From Podarcis gaigeae (lineage: Eukaryota), in the NCBI GenBank assembly GCA_964106915.2, contig OZ066929.1: 64,000 bases of DNA. The stretch is one strand, 5' to 3'. The translations under genes were made by a program, and so were the position numbers. Position 1 is the first letter of the stretch. Each line of letters opens with the position of its first letter. Positions 1 to 13,300 of the stretch are shown here, in pieces. Below the pieces are notes generated by a model that saw only the letters and a program-made list of their open reading frames with translations, did not search any database and was not told the origin of the DNA.

Positions 1-260
1 CTCTGACCCCCCTCCCCCTCCAAGCAACCACTTTCACTGAAGGGGGGGCACAGTCATGGGTGGCAGAGCGAGACCCACCTCCCTGCTGGTGCTGGGTCTT
101 CTCACGGCCATGCTGGCCTGCAGCAACCGGGGATGCCGAGTTTCAGTGGCACAGCACAAGGTCAGAGACAAACCCTGAGGCCAGCCCTGTGCCAGGCAGC
201 CCCTTGGAAGACAGGTGCCCCTCCTCTTCCTCCACCTGGGCAGGAGCCAGGAAAACCCAC

Positions 261-346
261 CTGTTGTGCTGGAAAACCTCGAAGCCGTAGATGTCGAGCA
301 GCCCCAGGACGGAGGCGCTGCTTCTCCAGCCCAGGCGCTCCGTCTC
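261..346 (-). CDS. MYO1C: MYO1C exon 11 ([29 protein letters not shown])
   Basis: Acceptor TTTTGGCAG, donor GTGGGT, 86 nt, switch II motif DIYGFE. Confidence 0.95.
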
Positions 347-3300
347 CTGCCAAAAGGCACAGGGGAGTGAGAGCCCCCCTGGGAACGGCACCCTCCCCTT
401 GCCCCTTGCCCTGCCTGCCTGGAAAACGGGGACTTTGCTCCTGTCCCAGCAAAGCCACCCTTGCAGAAGGAGGCCTGCTCCTTGGGGGCCCCTTTTCCGA
501 AGCAGGGCCTCCTCCACGGAGGGTGCCGCCCAGAACCCAGCGGCCGTCATGGGGAGAAGAGCCTGCTGACCTTGTAGGCGAGGGACTTGTTGATCTTGCC
601 CACGAGCCAGGAGAAGGTGCGCCCGTAGATGGCCTTGGCGAGGGCGTCCCGTGCATAAGCCGCCTGCTCTAGGTTGAGGGGGCTGACCAGCTGCAAGGAA
701 GGAGCTGCCGTCAGCCTCTCTCCGGCCAGCGGACTCGGGAGGGAGGGCAAGCAGGTACCCGAACCACCTCCCATGGATATGGCCACAGTGACCATCACCA
801 GGAAACACCCCTGGGTTGGCCTGGCCGCCTCCCCCCACTCTCCGCGGCAGTCAGCCGGCCAACCCTCTTACCTCTTCCCCCTTGGCGATGATCTTCTTGT
901 GGGTCAGAGCCTCTCGAAGCAAAGTCCCTTCAACCCCCAGGAGCTGCAAGGCAGAAAAAGGAGAGCCACGGCTGAAGAGCCACAGCCAGAGCAGGCTCTG
1001 CCCACGGCAGAGGAAAAGGCTCCTTCTCAGCCCTGAGAGGAGCAGGAAGGCAGAGACCCAAACTGGGGGAGGAGGGATGGGTGCAGTGCAGCCGGGAGAG
1101 AAGAGAAGGTGCCACCTGCCCCACCTCTGCTTAGCATCAGAGAAAGGGTGTCATTATTTCTCCTCACTTTAGAAGAGAATGGAAGTCTGAGGGACGGTTT
1201 GGCCTCTTCTCTTCCAGCAGCTGTGACTAATCCTCACCCCCAAAATATACTGAAGGCCTTATTCACACTTTTCAAGTACTCCAAAGTCATTTCCTCTAGC
1301 ATTCCGTCTTCTGACTCCAAGAGCTGCAGGAATAAAACTGTGGCCTGCCTTCGTATTCACTGGACGTTGATTCCCCCAATGTTACTTGGCCATCTCTCAG
1401 ATTCATTCCTTTCTTTGATCCCTTCTAGAATAGAACCCTTTCTCTAGACTTCATGACACACATGTCCCCCCTAAAAAACAGCCTCCAAGTGATGCAGCTC
1501 AGGCCCATTTCCGAAGGTACCTGGGGGGCTTTCGCTCCTCTCCACACCCCGCGCCCACTGCCCCCTCCCTGCCAGCTCTGCTACTCACCCTGGCCAAGTA
1601 CTTGATCTGGTTCTCTGTGGTCACTTGTGCGCTGCCCTCTTCGTCGGCAGCAAACTGCACGTTGCCCAAGTGCAAGACACTGGCCACAATGCTCAGGAGG
1701 TCCTGGGAAGGGAAGAGGGGAGGGCCAGGGAGGGTCTCTAGCAGAAGAACACCACAGAAGGGGACGCAGGACCAGCCCCCTCCCTCCCAAACACAGGGAG
1801 GCAGCAGCAGCAGCAGCCGCAGGAGCAAACGGGGCCTCCTACCTCCACTTCGTTGTCGCTGAAGTTAATGACGGACAGGGCCCTGCGCACGCCCTTCCAG
1901 TCGCTCTTGTCGTTGATGGAGCTGACTTTTGCACACTGGCCCTGGCAAGAGAGATGGGGAACGTGGGGAGGAGATCCTCAGCAGCAGAGAGGGGGGATGC
2001 ATTGGCTGCCCCCAAAATGGACAGGCAGCAGGCAGGCAGGCAGGCGGTCCTCAGCTACCGCTCAGCCCCACTGCAGGCCCCAGAAAAGCTTCTGCTGGGT
2101 GTGTGTGTGTGCAGCGCTTTACCTTCACCAGGTACTGGTACTGGTGGGGGCTCTTCTCCAGGCCCAGCCTCCGCAGCAGGTCCTCCTCGCCCCCTTCCAG
2201 CAGCTGGTAGAAGATGTGGAAGTTCCTCTCGCCGTGGTTCTGGTGCACCACCCGTGACTTCTCAAGGAGGTAGTTCAGGATGTGGCCCCCAATGGGAGCC
2301 CCCTAAGGCAAAGAAGGCAGCAGCTGTGGCTGGCGAGGGCAGAAAGGGAGCCAGCTGCTCAGGACCCCTTTGCAGAGGGGCAGAGGGAGTCCGCAGCCAA
2401 GCAAGAAGGCTGCTGCCAGAGCTCTCAGGGTTTCCCCACCAAGCACCAGCAGACCGTCCACCAGGGGTCAGCCCTGCATGCAGAGCCGCCTTGGAGCGCC
2501 CTACTGCTGGAGCTCTGTCCTCCTCCTCATCTCAGTAACCGGAGCCCACCCCTTCCGGGCCGGTCTTTCCTCTCCAAAGAGCTCAGAAGAGCTCACGTGC
2601 ATTTTCCACAGGGGACATGATGAAAAGCTTTGGGGGCTGGGGGAAACCTGGCTCCACATGAGGACAGAGAGAGGGGCTCCCCCTACTCCTCCACAGCTCA
2701 GAAGATGGGGGTTTCATTGGCCCAGTGTGCACATTGCAAAGCAGAAGGGTCCAGTTTCAGCCCCCGACGTCACCAGGCGAGGCGGGGAGAGCAGGACGGA
2801 CCAGGAGGCTAACTCGGTTTGCCCTCCTATGGACTCACCTTATAATCGAACTGGACATCCATGTATTTCCCAAAGCGGCTGGAGTTGTCGTTGCGAAGGG
2901 TCTTGGCATTTCCAAACGCCTGTAGAGGAAGAAGAGGACAACAACTGATCTCCAGGCGTGGGGAAAGGACTCTGGCTCAGGCACAGCCCCTCGGACTGCA
3001 GGCCTTGCCTGGCTTGGCTTTCTAGCCTGGTCCCCAGCTGGCCTCGACTTAGACTCAAGTGCTGACCACTGCAGCGCCTCTCCTGCCTCCACACAGGCAT
3101 CCTGGGCCCGGGGCTGGCATATGGGCTCCCTTGGTTGTTGGCACCCAGCAGAGCAAACCAGGCCACAAAGATGGGGCAGGTCCACTGGGGAGGAGCGGCT
3201 GTGCTGTGCTGTGTCCACCTCTCTTCCAGGCCCAAAAGCCACAGAGGGGAAGGAGCAGCCGCAGCCCCGGCACCTTCTGAACTGGGCCTCGTGCTCTTAC

Positions 3301-6300
3301 CTCCAGGACTGGGTTGGACTGCAGGAGCCGGTCCTTGATGGTCTCCACCTGCTCGCTGGCTGGGCAGGTGACGGCGTAGTACTGCAGCACCTTCTTGGTG
3401 GCTTCCGTCTTGCCAGCCCCGCTTTCCCCCGAGATGAGGATGCACTGGTCCTTCCTCTCCGTGCGCAGAGAGCGGTAGGCATTGTCTGCAATGGCGTAGC
3501 TGAGGAGGAGGAGAGGAGCAAAGGGCCACAGTCATCACCACTCGGCCAGCGCCACCATCCGGCGCTCCCGGGGCCTGCAGGGGGTGGGGGAAGGAGGCCT
3601 CCCTAGGGGGCACCTGTGCCAGAGTTTTGCTTCTACGTCTTCTCTCTTCACCTGCCTGTGCCTTAAAGAGCTTCTGCTGAGGCTCTTTCTCCAGGCACCT
3701 CCCTCCTTTATTTCCAAAATATCTACCGTAAACCCAGTATGCATTGCCATTAAAACAAAATGTAAAAAACGAGTGTAAAAGCTGGTTAAAACAGGGACTG
3801 AGACTGATATTGGGTCGGATCCCATCTGGCCAGGGAAAGGCTGTGGCAGCATCTGATTCCCGTGATGCGGCCGCGAGGGGCTGCTTGGCTGTGGTGCCCC
3901 AGCTGGGGAAGGACGCCCCCAAAGAGCCTTGCCCAGGGCCCACAGGGCAAATGTTTGGGCACTCAGGGAGGCACTTTCCACTGCTAGAAATCCTCATCGA
4001 CGTTTCAAGGATTTTGTCTGCTGGGTCATAATTGAGAATTTGTACCTTTTTGCTGTATGCTGCCCTGGGTGGTATATGGAGAGCAAACTATTTTAATAAA
4101 TAAATTTAAAAAATTTGATAGGGTTTGGGAGAGACTAAATCCCGATTTTAGCATTCTTTCCCACTCCCTCCCTTCTTTGCTTTCCCTCATCTGAAGGAGG
4201 CTGAAGCTTGTGATCAAGAGCCTGGCAGATCCCACAAGTGGGAAGTTGGGAGGCAGCTTGTCCATCTAAAAGACAGCGCTCCGCCCACTCAGCATTTCCC
4301 TTGGGCCAAATCCCAGTTAACATGGGTAGGGGGGCAGAATGTGACCCGGGATATCCCCTCCTCCCCTCTCTTCCTCCCTCCCATCTCCCAAAGGCACTCC
4401 CTAGATTTTGTACACACACGCCCTGCAAGCCGTGCGGCCGCCGGGTGTTTCGCACACGAAGGGCTCTTTTGTCTTACGAACCCTCCAAAATTGTGCTCAG
4501 AATCAGCACTCCGTTCTCTAAATGAGGAGTGTTCACCCAGCTATGCAAACAAAGATACTGGTCTCTTAGCAACGTGGGAAATGTTGGGCAGAGGGAGCAG
4601 GAAAAATCCCACCCTCTGCCCTCTCCTGTACACACACACACACAGATTTTCCTATCCTTTGGGTGTGGCTGGCGGCCGGCGGCCCCAGAGGCCCAGGACA
4701 AGCAAGAGGGGGAGGGGGCCTGGCTTGACCCCTGGCGTTACCCACAGGTGAGGAGAGACCTCGTAGAAGCTGACGCCCCGGTAGCGCTCCATGTGCTGCT
4801 TGGTGTAGATCTCCAGGTCCTTGTAGGGATTGACGGAGACCAGGACAGAGCCGATGTACGTCTGCAGAGCAAAGGAGGGAGGGGAGGTCAGGAGGCACAG
4901 GGAGGGGGAGAGAGCAGCCTCTGGGACACCTGGTGATCCCTCATAGTGACGCTCTTCTTCTTTGCCTTGAAATCTTCCTCCAAGAAACGTTTCCTGCATC
5001 CCTCAAAGAACTTTGCTTTCAGCTTAGGAGGGGAGGCTTTCTCAGGGGGTTATTACTGGATGTCGTGGGAAACTGGGGGCGGGGGCAGAATGGTCTGCCT
5101 TCCTCAATGTTTGCCTGCGGGGCTGAGGGCAGCTGCACCTCAGTCTGCCCTCCTGGACCCTCTGCTCCAGAACATGCAGTGGGACCGCCCTGCTGGGGCC
5201 CAGCACCCAAGGAGAGGGGCTCTGTGGGGCCACGGCTCCCGTCAGGTAGAGCCCCACAGGGAAAGAGGAGGCTGCTGGATGAAGGGGGCTGCCCCACCCG
5301 CTCCACTCACGTAGATGAGGTTCTCCTTGAACCGCTTGCGCAGATTCTCGATGAAAGCCGCTTCGCTGGTGAAGTTCTCCAGCAGGACAAAGTCCTGGAC
5401 TCCCACGCGGTCGCGAGCCGTCAGGGCGCTCTCCATGGCTGCTAGCCGGACCCCGTCACTGCCGACAGGCTGCAAGGAGCAACAAGAGGGGAGGTTGAGC
5501 CAGGCGGCCAGAGGTGGACAGAGAGGGAAGCCTCGTCCTGCCTGGGCTGGCTGTCAAGGAAGGGCCAAAGGACGGAGGCCAGAGCGAGGGCTGGTGGGGC
5601 TCAGGGAGAGGCATGTCCACAACAAGGAGGGGACGGAAGTCCACACGACCCACTCCAGCCCAGCCAACGCCCCTCAGCTGGTTCACTACCAAAGTTTTAA
5701 CATCTCCTAGAGTAAATGAGTCCAGGTCTCAGAAGCCACAAACGGCAATGCAAATCAGGATCCTTCCCAGGAAGGCTGCGAGGCAGAAGGGAGCAGCTTT
5801 CCCCAACACACACACACACTCCACTGGCATCCCGTCCAGGCCTCCAGGTCCTGCCCTTGGCCAGCAACACCCTGCACATGCCATGGGCGCTCACCAAATG
5901 GTTGGCCAGGTGGAAGCCCATGGGGATGAGAGACCTCTTCTGCTGGATCTGGGCCAACAAGCCCTCGACGTTCATGGCTGGCGTGAGAGGGAACACAGCG
6001 TCCCACGTCCTTCGCTTGCTGGGAGTGGAGCGGAGTGAGCCTGCCGGCCTCTCCCCAGCACTGCGCAGAGCCCCCCCCCCCCATGGAGGAAACTTTCCAT
6101 GCCAACAGGAACATTTCCTCCCCTAGCAAATCCCCAGGAGGCGAGAGGGAGAAAGGAGGTGCACCTGCGCTCCTCAAGAACCCTCTTAACCTCTCCCTGC
6201 CACTCCCCTGCTCAGGCCCCGCAGGGAGCCTTTGGGGGTTGGCTACTGGGAGGGGCTCTTCCAAGGGGGGAAGACCTGGAGTTTGGGGGGGCAGAGTGGG

Positions 6301-9300
6301 GAGAGAAAGGCGGATGCCTCAGAGGCAGCTGAGCATCTCTCTCTCTCTTCCCCCCCCCCATGCCTGCAGGGGCTCCTGGCACTAGCCAGTCCCATCCCAC
6401 CGGCCAAAAACTCCAGCCCCCTCAGCCCCAGCAGCAAAGGGAGCCCAGAGGTCTTCCTCCAAACACTGGCTGGCCAAGAAGGGTAAAGCGGCAGCAAGAG
6501 GTCACATCCAAGCCGGACACAGAGACCTCTGAGTGAAGGACACCTCTCCGCCCCGGTCTCCCCAGGTGCCACAGGTACAGTTGGGGGACAAAGTGGTGGC
6601 TCTGTGGGGAGGAGAGCACTGGGTTACGGTCACCTCAACGGAACGCCTGCTCGCCAGGGGGTTGGACTAGATGACCCCCAGGATCCCTCCCAGCGCTACA
6701 TTTCTACGATCCTATGATCTCAACTGCACTGCCTGATTGTACTTGCTCTTACAACACTTCACTAATCCCAGCATGCAAGGAGGAGAAACACACACACACA
6801 GGGGAAACTATGGATTTTCAAACTGTGTTTGCCAACCTGGCGCCCAGAAATCTCACACAATCACCATTGGACCTGCGTCAGTAGCAAAACGCACCTGGGG
6901 AATTTTGGACACTGGAGGGGAGGGCAGTGTGGGAGGTGGGAGGGGACTCACCACAAACCAAGGGAGACTAAGCCACAGTGATGCCCACCCCATGGGAGGG
7001 TGGAAGGAGGGGGAGAAGCAGGACCCTCATGGGACCCTCACCCCCACATAAATCCTGAAGGCTCATCCCTGGCAGGCAGCCCCCTTGGCCAGCCAGATCA
7101 GCTGATGGGCCTGTCTGGGACCAGCCAGCAATGCTCTGCACTGGCTGGCTGCCTTCCCTGGGATGAGGAGGTGGAGGCAAAGGCCCCAGGGCTGGCGGGG
7201 AGTGGGCAGCCTCCCCTTCCTCCAGGACACGTGGCTGGCATGGCTGGCCCACCTGCAGCTTGTCTGCAGACGGGACTGAATCTGCCCATGGTCCTGAGGG
7301 TCCTGAGCCTCTGTCCACCGGAGGGAAGTGCTAGATACGGGAAGCGGAAGGCAGGCAGGGTGGTTTTTTGACTGCCTGGTGATGCAGGCAGTCAAATTCT
7401 GGTGCAATTCTGGTGCTAAACATGATGCAGACGTGTTCACTGTTTACCCCCCCCTCTCTCTCTCTCTCACACACACATATGTTTTGTGCCAGGATCTTAC
7501 ATGCCTTTCCGTTAGGCGTCTTTCTGAAGCAAACAAGTGTAAATTCTGCAGTATTTATTCAAACAAGAATTATAAACATCCCCATCATCTGAGGCAGAGC
7601 TGTGAGGCCCAAAGGCCACCCAAAGGCACATTGCTTTGTTGGGGTGGGGTGGAGAGATATGGGGAAGGAAGGAAGGATGGCCTTTTGGACACACACACCC
7701 CGGGTTTCCCTTTCCAAAGTAGAAGGAACTTGGGCATATAGAGAAGAAGTTCAGGCTGCTGCAGCCTCAGGAATTTCCTTGCCTGCCTCTGCTGGACCAC
7801 AAGCAGTGATGCCGGGCAGAGGAGAGCTTGCCTGTGTCTGGGACCCCCTTCCACACCCCATAGAAAGGGGTCCTGCTTTCCACCAACCCCAGAGGCAATT
7901 TCCTCCAGAGGCAGAATTGACAACAGAGATGGAGGAGGCTGAGCCTCTCCCCATACTCCAGAAGACCCTCACCCCCTTCAGAGGATAGGCTGGCTGGCTC
8001 CACTGCTCCAGTCAAACCACTCGCTGGCCTTTTGAAATCTCTACAGGGTCCCTCCCTCACCCAGACAGACACCCCCTCCTCAGCTGCCAGGAGTTTCACG
8101 GGGCGTGGCAATGGCACCATTGCCCCAGGGGGTCCCTGCCCTGGCTGGCAAAGGGGCCCCACGTCACTCTTGCCTGGCTGGGGCAGCCTAGCCACCCTGC
8201 TCCCTCCCTCCCTGCTTGTTGCTCTGGCCGCCCACTAGGCAAAGCTCCCCTTCTGACTGCAAGACTGAGCATGTCTCACGAGTCAACTTCCTCCTGGTGC
8301 GCAAGCCCAGGCCGAGAGCAAAGAGGAAAGGCAGCAGCAAGGTTTCTCCAGGCCAGCTTCCCCATTGACTCGCGAGCGCTTCTGCTTCCAGCTTCCCTTG
8401 TCTTGCTGCCCTGCCCCTTGGGCTGGGACTTAGGAGGGGGGCTGTGGGTGTCGCTCAGCTGCTCCCCTGTAGGCTCAGCCCCCCAAAGGCACCTGAAGGT
8501 GTGAAGCCCCAGTGCCCCCAGAGGGTCCTCCTTCGACACCCTTCGGAAGGCTTTTTCAACTGTTTAATGGATTCACAATACCCCCCCCCCCTCTTGTGAC
8601 ACACACAGAGCAAGGAGACGGGGCAACCCAGAACCGTCCCAGGGGCTGCAGCTGAACAAATGGCTCAGCCCTGTTTGTAAGGGCAGGGCTAGCTTCCTCT
8701 GAGGTAGGCTGTGTCTGGGGAGACTCAGGGGCAAGGCTCCTGTGAAGGAGGAACATTGCCTGAGGCAGAGTCCATGGCCCAGGATAGAGAGGGGGGCCAC
8801 CTGAGGATGATGAAGGCTCCCCCTCCACACCAGTTCACCCAGGAGGGGCCCTGGAGGCACGTCAGGCCTAGCTTTCCTGGGTCACTGCAGGACTGGGGGG
8901 GACAGGACAACACCAGAGCCTCACTGCTTGTGGGCTCCCCTCCCCATGTCCTGATCCAGCCAAGAAATAGGCTCCCTCCCCACACCAGATCCAGGAGCCC
9001 CACAGAGAAAACCTCCTGAGCTTTGTGGCCACATTGACACCTCCTCCCAAGTCCAGGTCTGCCCCTGCAGGACAGGGCCACAGGGAGGGGAATCAGCTGG
9101 AGGCCAAGATCAACCCCCAGGAGACCCATGGAGGAATTTCCTGCCCCTCCTCGCCCTCTCCCCACCGCAGAAGAGCCTTACCACAGCCCTGAACTTCATG
9201 GCTGGCCCTCGCCAGAGTCACGGGCCTTGCTTCTCAAAGCAGGGATCCAAAGGATGTTGCCGCTACTCTCTGCCGCCTCTCTCCTCCCGGCAGCATCGCC

Positions 9301-10343
9301 CTGGGCCCTCCAGAAGGCCTTCCCTCATCGCCAGCAGCAGGAGCCGCCACTGCAGGAGCCCCCCTCCTGGCTCCACGGGGAGCAATGGGCAGCAGAGGCA
9401 GGCGGGCAGGCAGTGGGCACACCCTAAATCACAAGCTGCAGCAAAAGCCTCTGCCGGCTGCCTTGGATGAATAGTTCCCTCTCAGCAAGCAAGAGGGAGA
9501 AAAAAGGAATCCAAGTGGCTGGGAAAGTTGGGCCCGAGCCCAGCACTCCTCATAAAAAGCCACAAGGAAGGGGGAGGGAGGGAGGGAGGGAGGATGGCGG
9601 GCCCAACTTGGCTCCCAGAGGAGGACGGCAATTGGGAGATGCCCAGCCAAGGTAGCCCAGGAGGGAGGAGCAGGCGGCCACCAGACCAGATCCACCGGGC
9701 AGTGTGAGAAACACAAATATACAAGCTAGGGGCTAATGGCGCCTTGAATTCTGGGCACCCAGAAATCTCCACATAGTCGCAAACTGACCCGCAGCAGGAG
9801 CAAAAGGGGCCTAGTCCACAATGTCCTGCACACACTTTCCTACATCTTGGCCCTCTGGGCAACAACACCCTGTGAGCATCACACGCTCACCAAGAGGCTG
9901 GGGGAGATCTGGGGCCCAGCCTGCCAGATGGGGGGCTGTGCTGGCTCTCCTGCTGCACCGTCACACGGCCCAACCTCCTCTGGATCTCCACATGGCCAAG
10001 CCTCTGGGAAACGGGGGGGGGGGGGGGGGGGAAGGGCGGCAAAGGCAACTGAGGGGGTCTTCTTCAGCAGTCTCTTCCTTGCCCGGGGGGGGGGGAGGAC
10101 GGGGGAGGACAGCTGCACGGTTCCCCTTGGCAGTGCTCGGATCCTGGCCTTCCTGGCCAGACTTGCTCCACTCACAGCTGATAAGCACCTGTTTCCCAGC
10201 AGGCCTGGAAGGGGCCAGGTGGAATCTCTCCCTGGGCTGGGCGAGGGGGCGAGGCTCTGCCAGCTGTGCCACCAGCCAAGCACCTCATGTTGCAGGCCAC
10301 AAAGGGCAGGATTCAGAAGGGGCAGAAGGGCCTTGGGATCCTC

Positions 10344-10382
<39 letters not shown>

Positions 10383-13300
10383 CCAACGCAGGACTGCCAC
10401 GCTCACACCTGAGAGATCAATCGATCAACTGGTCGTCCCCCCCCCCACTGCTTTGCCAGGATAAGCCCTTTGTATCCTAACCCCACAGCTGCTTGAGAAA
10501 TGGAGGCCACAAGGGAAGGGAGGGGTGGCATCCTTAGGTGGGGTGGGACAGACAAAAGCAGCCCGGGAGCCCCCAGGAGGGTGAGCAGGAGCCCCTCAGT
10601 CACCCTGGGCCTCCCTCCCAGGCACAGGCAGCGAGTGGAGGCAGAATGTCTCTCCACAGGGAGCTTTGGGAGGAGAAGCGCCCCAAACAGGCCAGTCGAA
10701 GGGGTTTGCTGGCTCTCAGCTGCCCCGTTCCCTGAGGCCTGTGGGCAGGCATACACATCCGGATCAAAGTTAGCCCTGCTTCCATATACAACAGAGGAGC
10801 ACAGCATCTGGTGCCAAAAGGCCCTCAGAGTGAGGAAGACCGGGGACAGGCGGGTGGTGGGGTCCAGAGCCCATGCGGAACAAGATGTCACATTGGTGCC
10901 CCCTGCACCGGACCCTGCTTTGCTGTTGTGCCTTGATCCCCCTCGCCACCCCCAGCACCCGGAGCGCAGCAGCCACGCAGACCCCCGGCTCAGCCCAGTC
11001 GCCTGCGGAGCTTCTCCCTCTCCTGCCAGATGTGGCACTGAGGAGAAAGAGCTGGATTCTGCTCAGCCAAAGCCTCTCCTCCTCCCAGCAGCCAGACCGT
11101 CATCTTCCTTTTAAGGAGAAAATATGTTTTCACTGGGAAAGTTCAGTGTCCAGAGCCTGCGGTTGCTGGAATCCTCCCCTGCTGGAAATGCCTCCTCCCT
11201 CAAGAGGCTCAGGGCAGCGGAAAGACTCTGGGGTCCCCTCCTGCGCCCCCCTTGATGCGTTGGGCTGATCCAGGCCCTGGTCCTGAGCTGCAGCAGTGGG
11301 GCAAGAAGGCCCTGCAGATGGGGCCTCCCCAAGCTTGAGAAGGCTCTGCTCCTCTGCCCAAAGTCAAAAAGCAAGTCTGCTCCCTGGCTGCTCTGTGGAG
11401 GCTGCTGCAAAGGACGTAAGGTGGGGAGGACGGGCAGGGCCTGCCCCCTCCATCCAGGGTCCCCTCGGGGACACCAGATAGGAAGTGAGAGAAGTGCCGC
11501 TTGCAGCCCTCCATTTTTCAACGGAGGAAACAGGATTTCCTCTGGATGACTCCCCCAGCACAATCCCAGGGAAAAGCTTCTAAGAATAGGAAATGACTGT
11601 ATAAGGGCAGATTTGCACTGGGTGCCTGGCAGTTTGGGAGGGGAACTGAGGAGAGCAGCAGAGCAGCTTCGCTGCTGCAACACAAACACACACACAGAGA
11701 GAGAGGCAGGATCTGTCCAGGAGGGAGGAACTGGCCACTTTTCAGCAGCCTCTTCGCTTTGCACACTCTTTTCCTCCCACTCAGCAATGCTTTTGTCTAG
11801 GGCTAAGCACCTTGCTCTGACCCCCTGCAAAGCCAGGATGCTTCCTGACATCTTTCCCTTGGGCCTCTTCCACACCTGCTCCACATGCCAAAGGTCCCCG
11901 ATGGCAGAGCCAACCCTCCCTCTCCACCACACACACACACACCACACTCCCAGCAAAAGTTGAAAGAGGACGCCTCTCCCACAGAGCACTGGGGCCAGGG
12001 GAGTCCTCCTGGGGGCCCAGTGGGGCAGAGGAGGAGGATCAGTTGCCCCCCAACAACAGGCTACCCTTTTCCCTGACAGAGACTCAGTACCTGCAGCCCT
12101 GTTCAAAAGAGCAGTCCCAGCTGCTGCTGCTGCTGCTCAGAGCCAGTCTGCGAGAACTAATTAATTGGAAGGGAAAAAGCCCTTGCCCAACCCGTCCTGG
12201 GGGGGCCCTGACAATGAACAGAGAGCGCTGATCAGGCGTCCCTCGTGGCTCCTGGCAGGTTGGCACAACGTCCCAGCTCTGCCGCCTGCCCTGTTGATGC
12301 CTGACGCCCAGCCCCAGGAGGCGCTTAACGGCTTGTTTGTTCAGCTCCAGACACAGGCCTCTCCCCACACAGAGGGGGGCGGCATGGTCGTGCCACCCCC
12401 AGCCTCACGCCCAGGGAGGGGCGCCCCAGGAAGGCTCGGGCTTCTCTGCTTCTCTGGCTACTTGCTGCAAGGAACGACAACGAGGTCCAGATCCTGCTGC
12501 TCCAAGGGGCTCCCCGGAGCCATTGGGGGCTCCTGGAGGAGCAGAGGCAGGCAGGCAGCTGGGAGGCAGCTGGGAGATGCCACTGACAGACCAGGGCCAA
12601 TTATTGATTTGCTGCCGATTCCCACACAAGGCCCCTGGGAATTAAGGGAACGGGAAAGCCTGTGGAGGAGGCAGGGAGGTGGCAAAACGCAGCAGCCGCT
12701 CCTACTCCCCTTCCTGTGGCCCCCGAGGACCTCCTTCCCCAAGAGCAGCCATGGGGAGAAGGGGCTCTATTGGGGGTTGGGTGGGACCAGGGGGCCAAAA
12801 TAAGCCACCCTTCAAATTGTCTGATCGCCAGGTCATTTCCAGGCCCCCTTCAAGGGGTTTGCATGGCGTTTGAAGCGGTGAAAGACTTGGGCCTTTAATA
12901 TCTGAGAGGCCACCTCCAGCCCTCCTGACCCTCTTGGGGAGGAGTAAGATCAGGGGAGGGGGGGCCTTCTTGGTAACTCCACTGCCCTTGGATGTTGGGG
13001 GGGGGGGCTGGAAAAAGGCATCTGTCCTGCATGCAGAAGGCACCAGGTTCTGCCCCCAGAGGCATCTCCAGGGAGGGCTGGGAGAGGGAGTCCTGCCTGA
13101 AGCACTAGTGATGGCGCCACGGCTACCAGTCAGTGCAGGTAATACTGAGCTGGGTGGCCCGCTTCCCTTGCTCCCTCCCCGCAGAGGTGCAGATATCTGG
13201 CGCCTTCATTGCACAGTGTGCGGAAGATGCACCTCTGCACCCTGGCCTTGAACACTCGAGATGCGTATTTTTAGAACCCGGCCTATTCTTGCGATTGTAA

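Noticed and set aside
2840-3997. 385-aa minus-strand ORF, and the 303-aa plus-strand ORF at 1627-2538
   Set aside because: They overlap MYO1C exons out of frame or antisense and run through introns; low-complexity GC-rich translations with no domain
11111-12106. 331-aa intronic minus-strand ORF
   Set aside because: Non-ATG start, includes a TG repeat, no recognisable motif or exon boundaries
13181-13238. 11-bp inverted repeat GCAGAGGTGCA/TGCACCTCTGC as a possible pre-miRNA
   Set aside because: Stem too short with a 36-nt poorly paired loop; lies within a LINE relic
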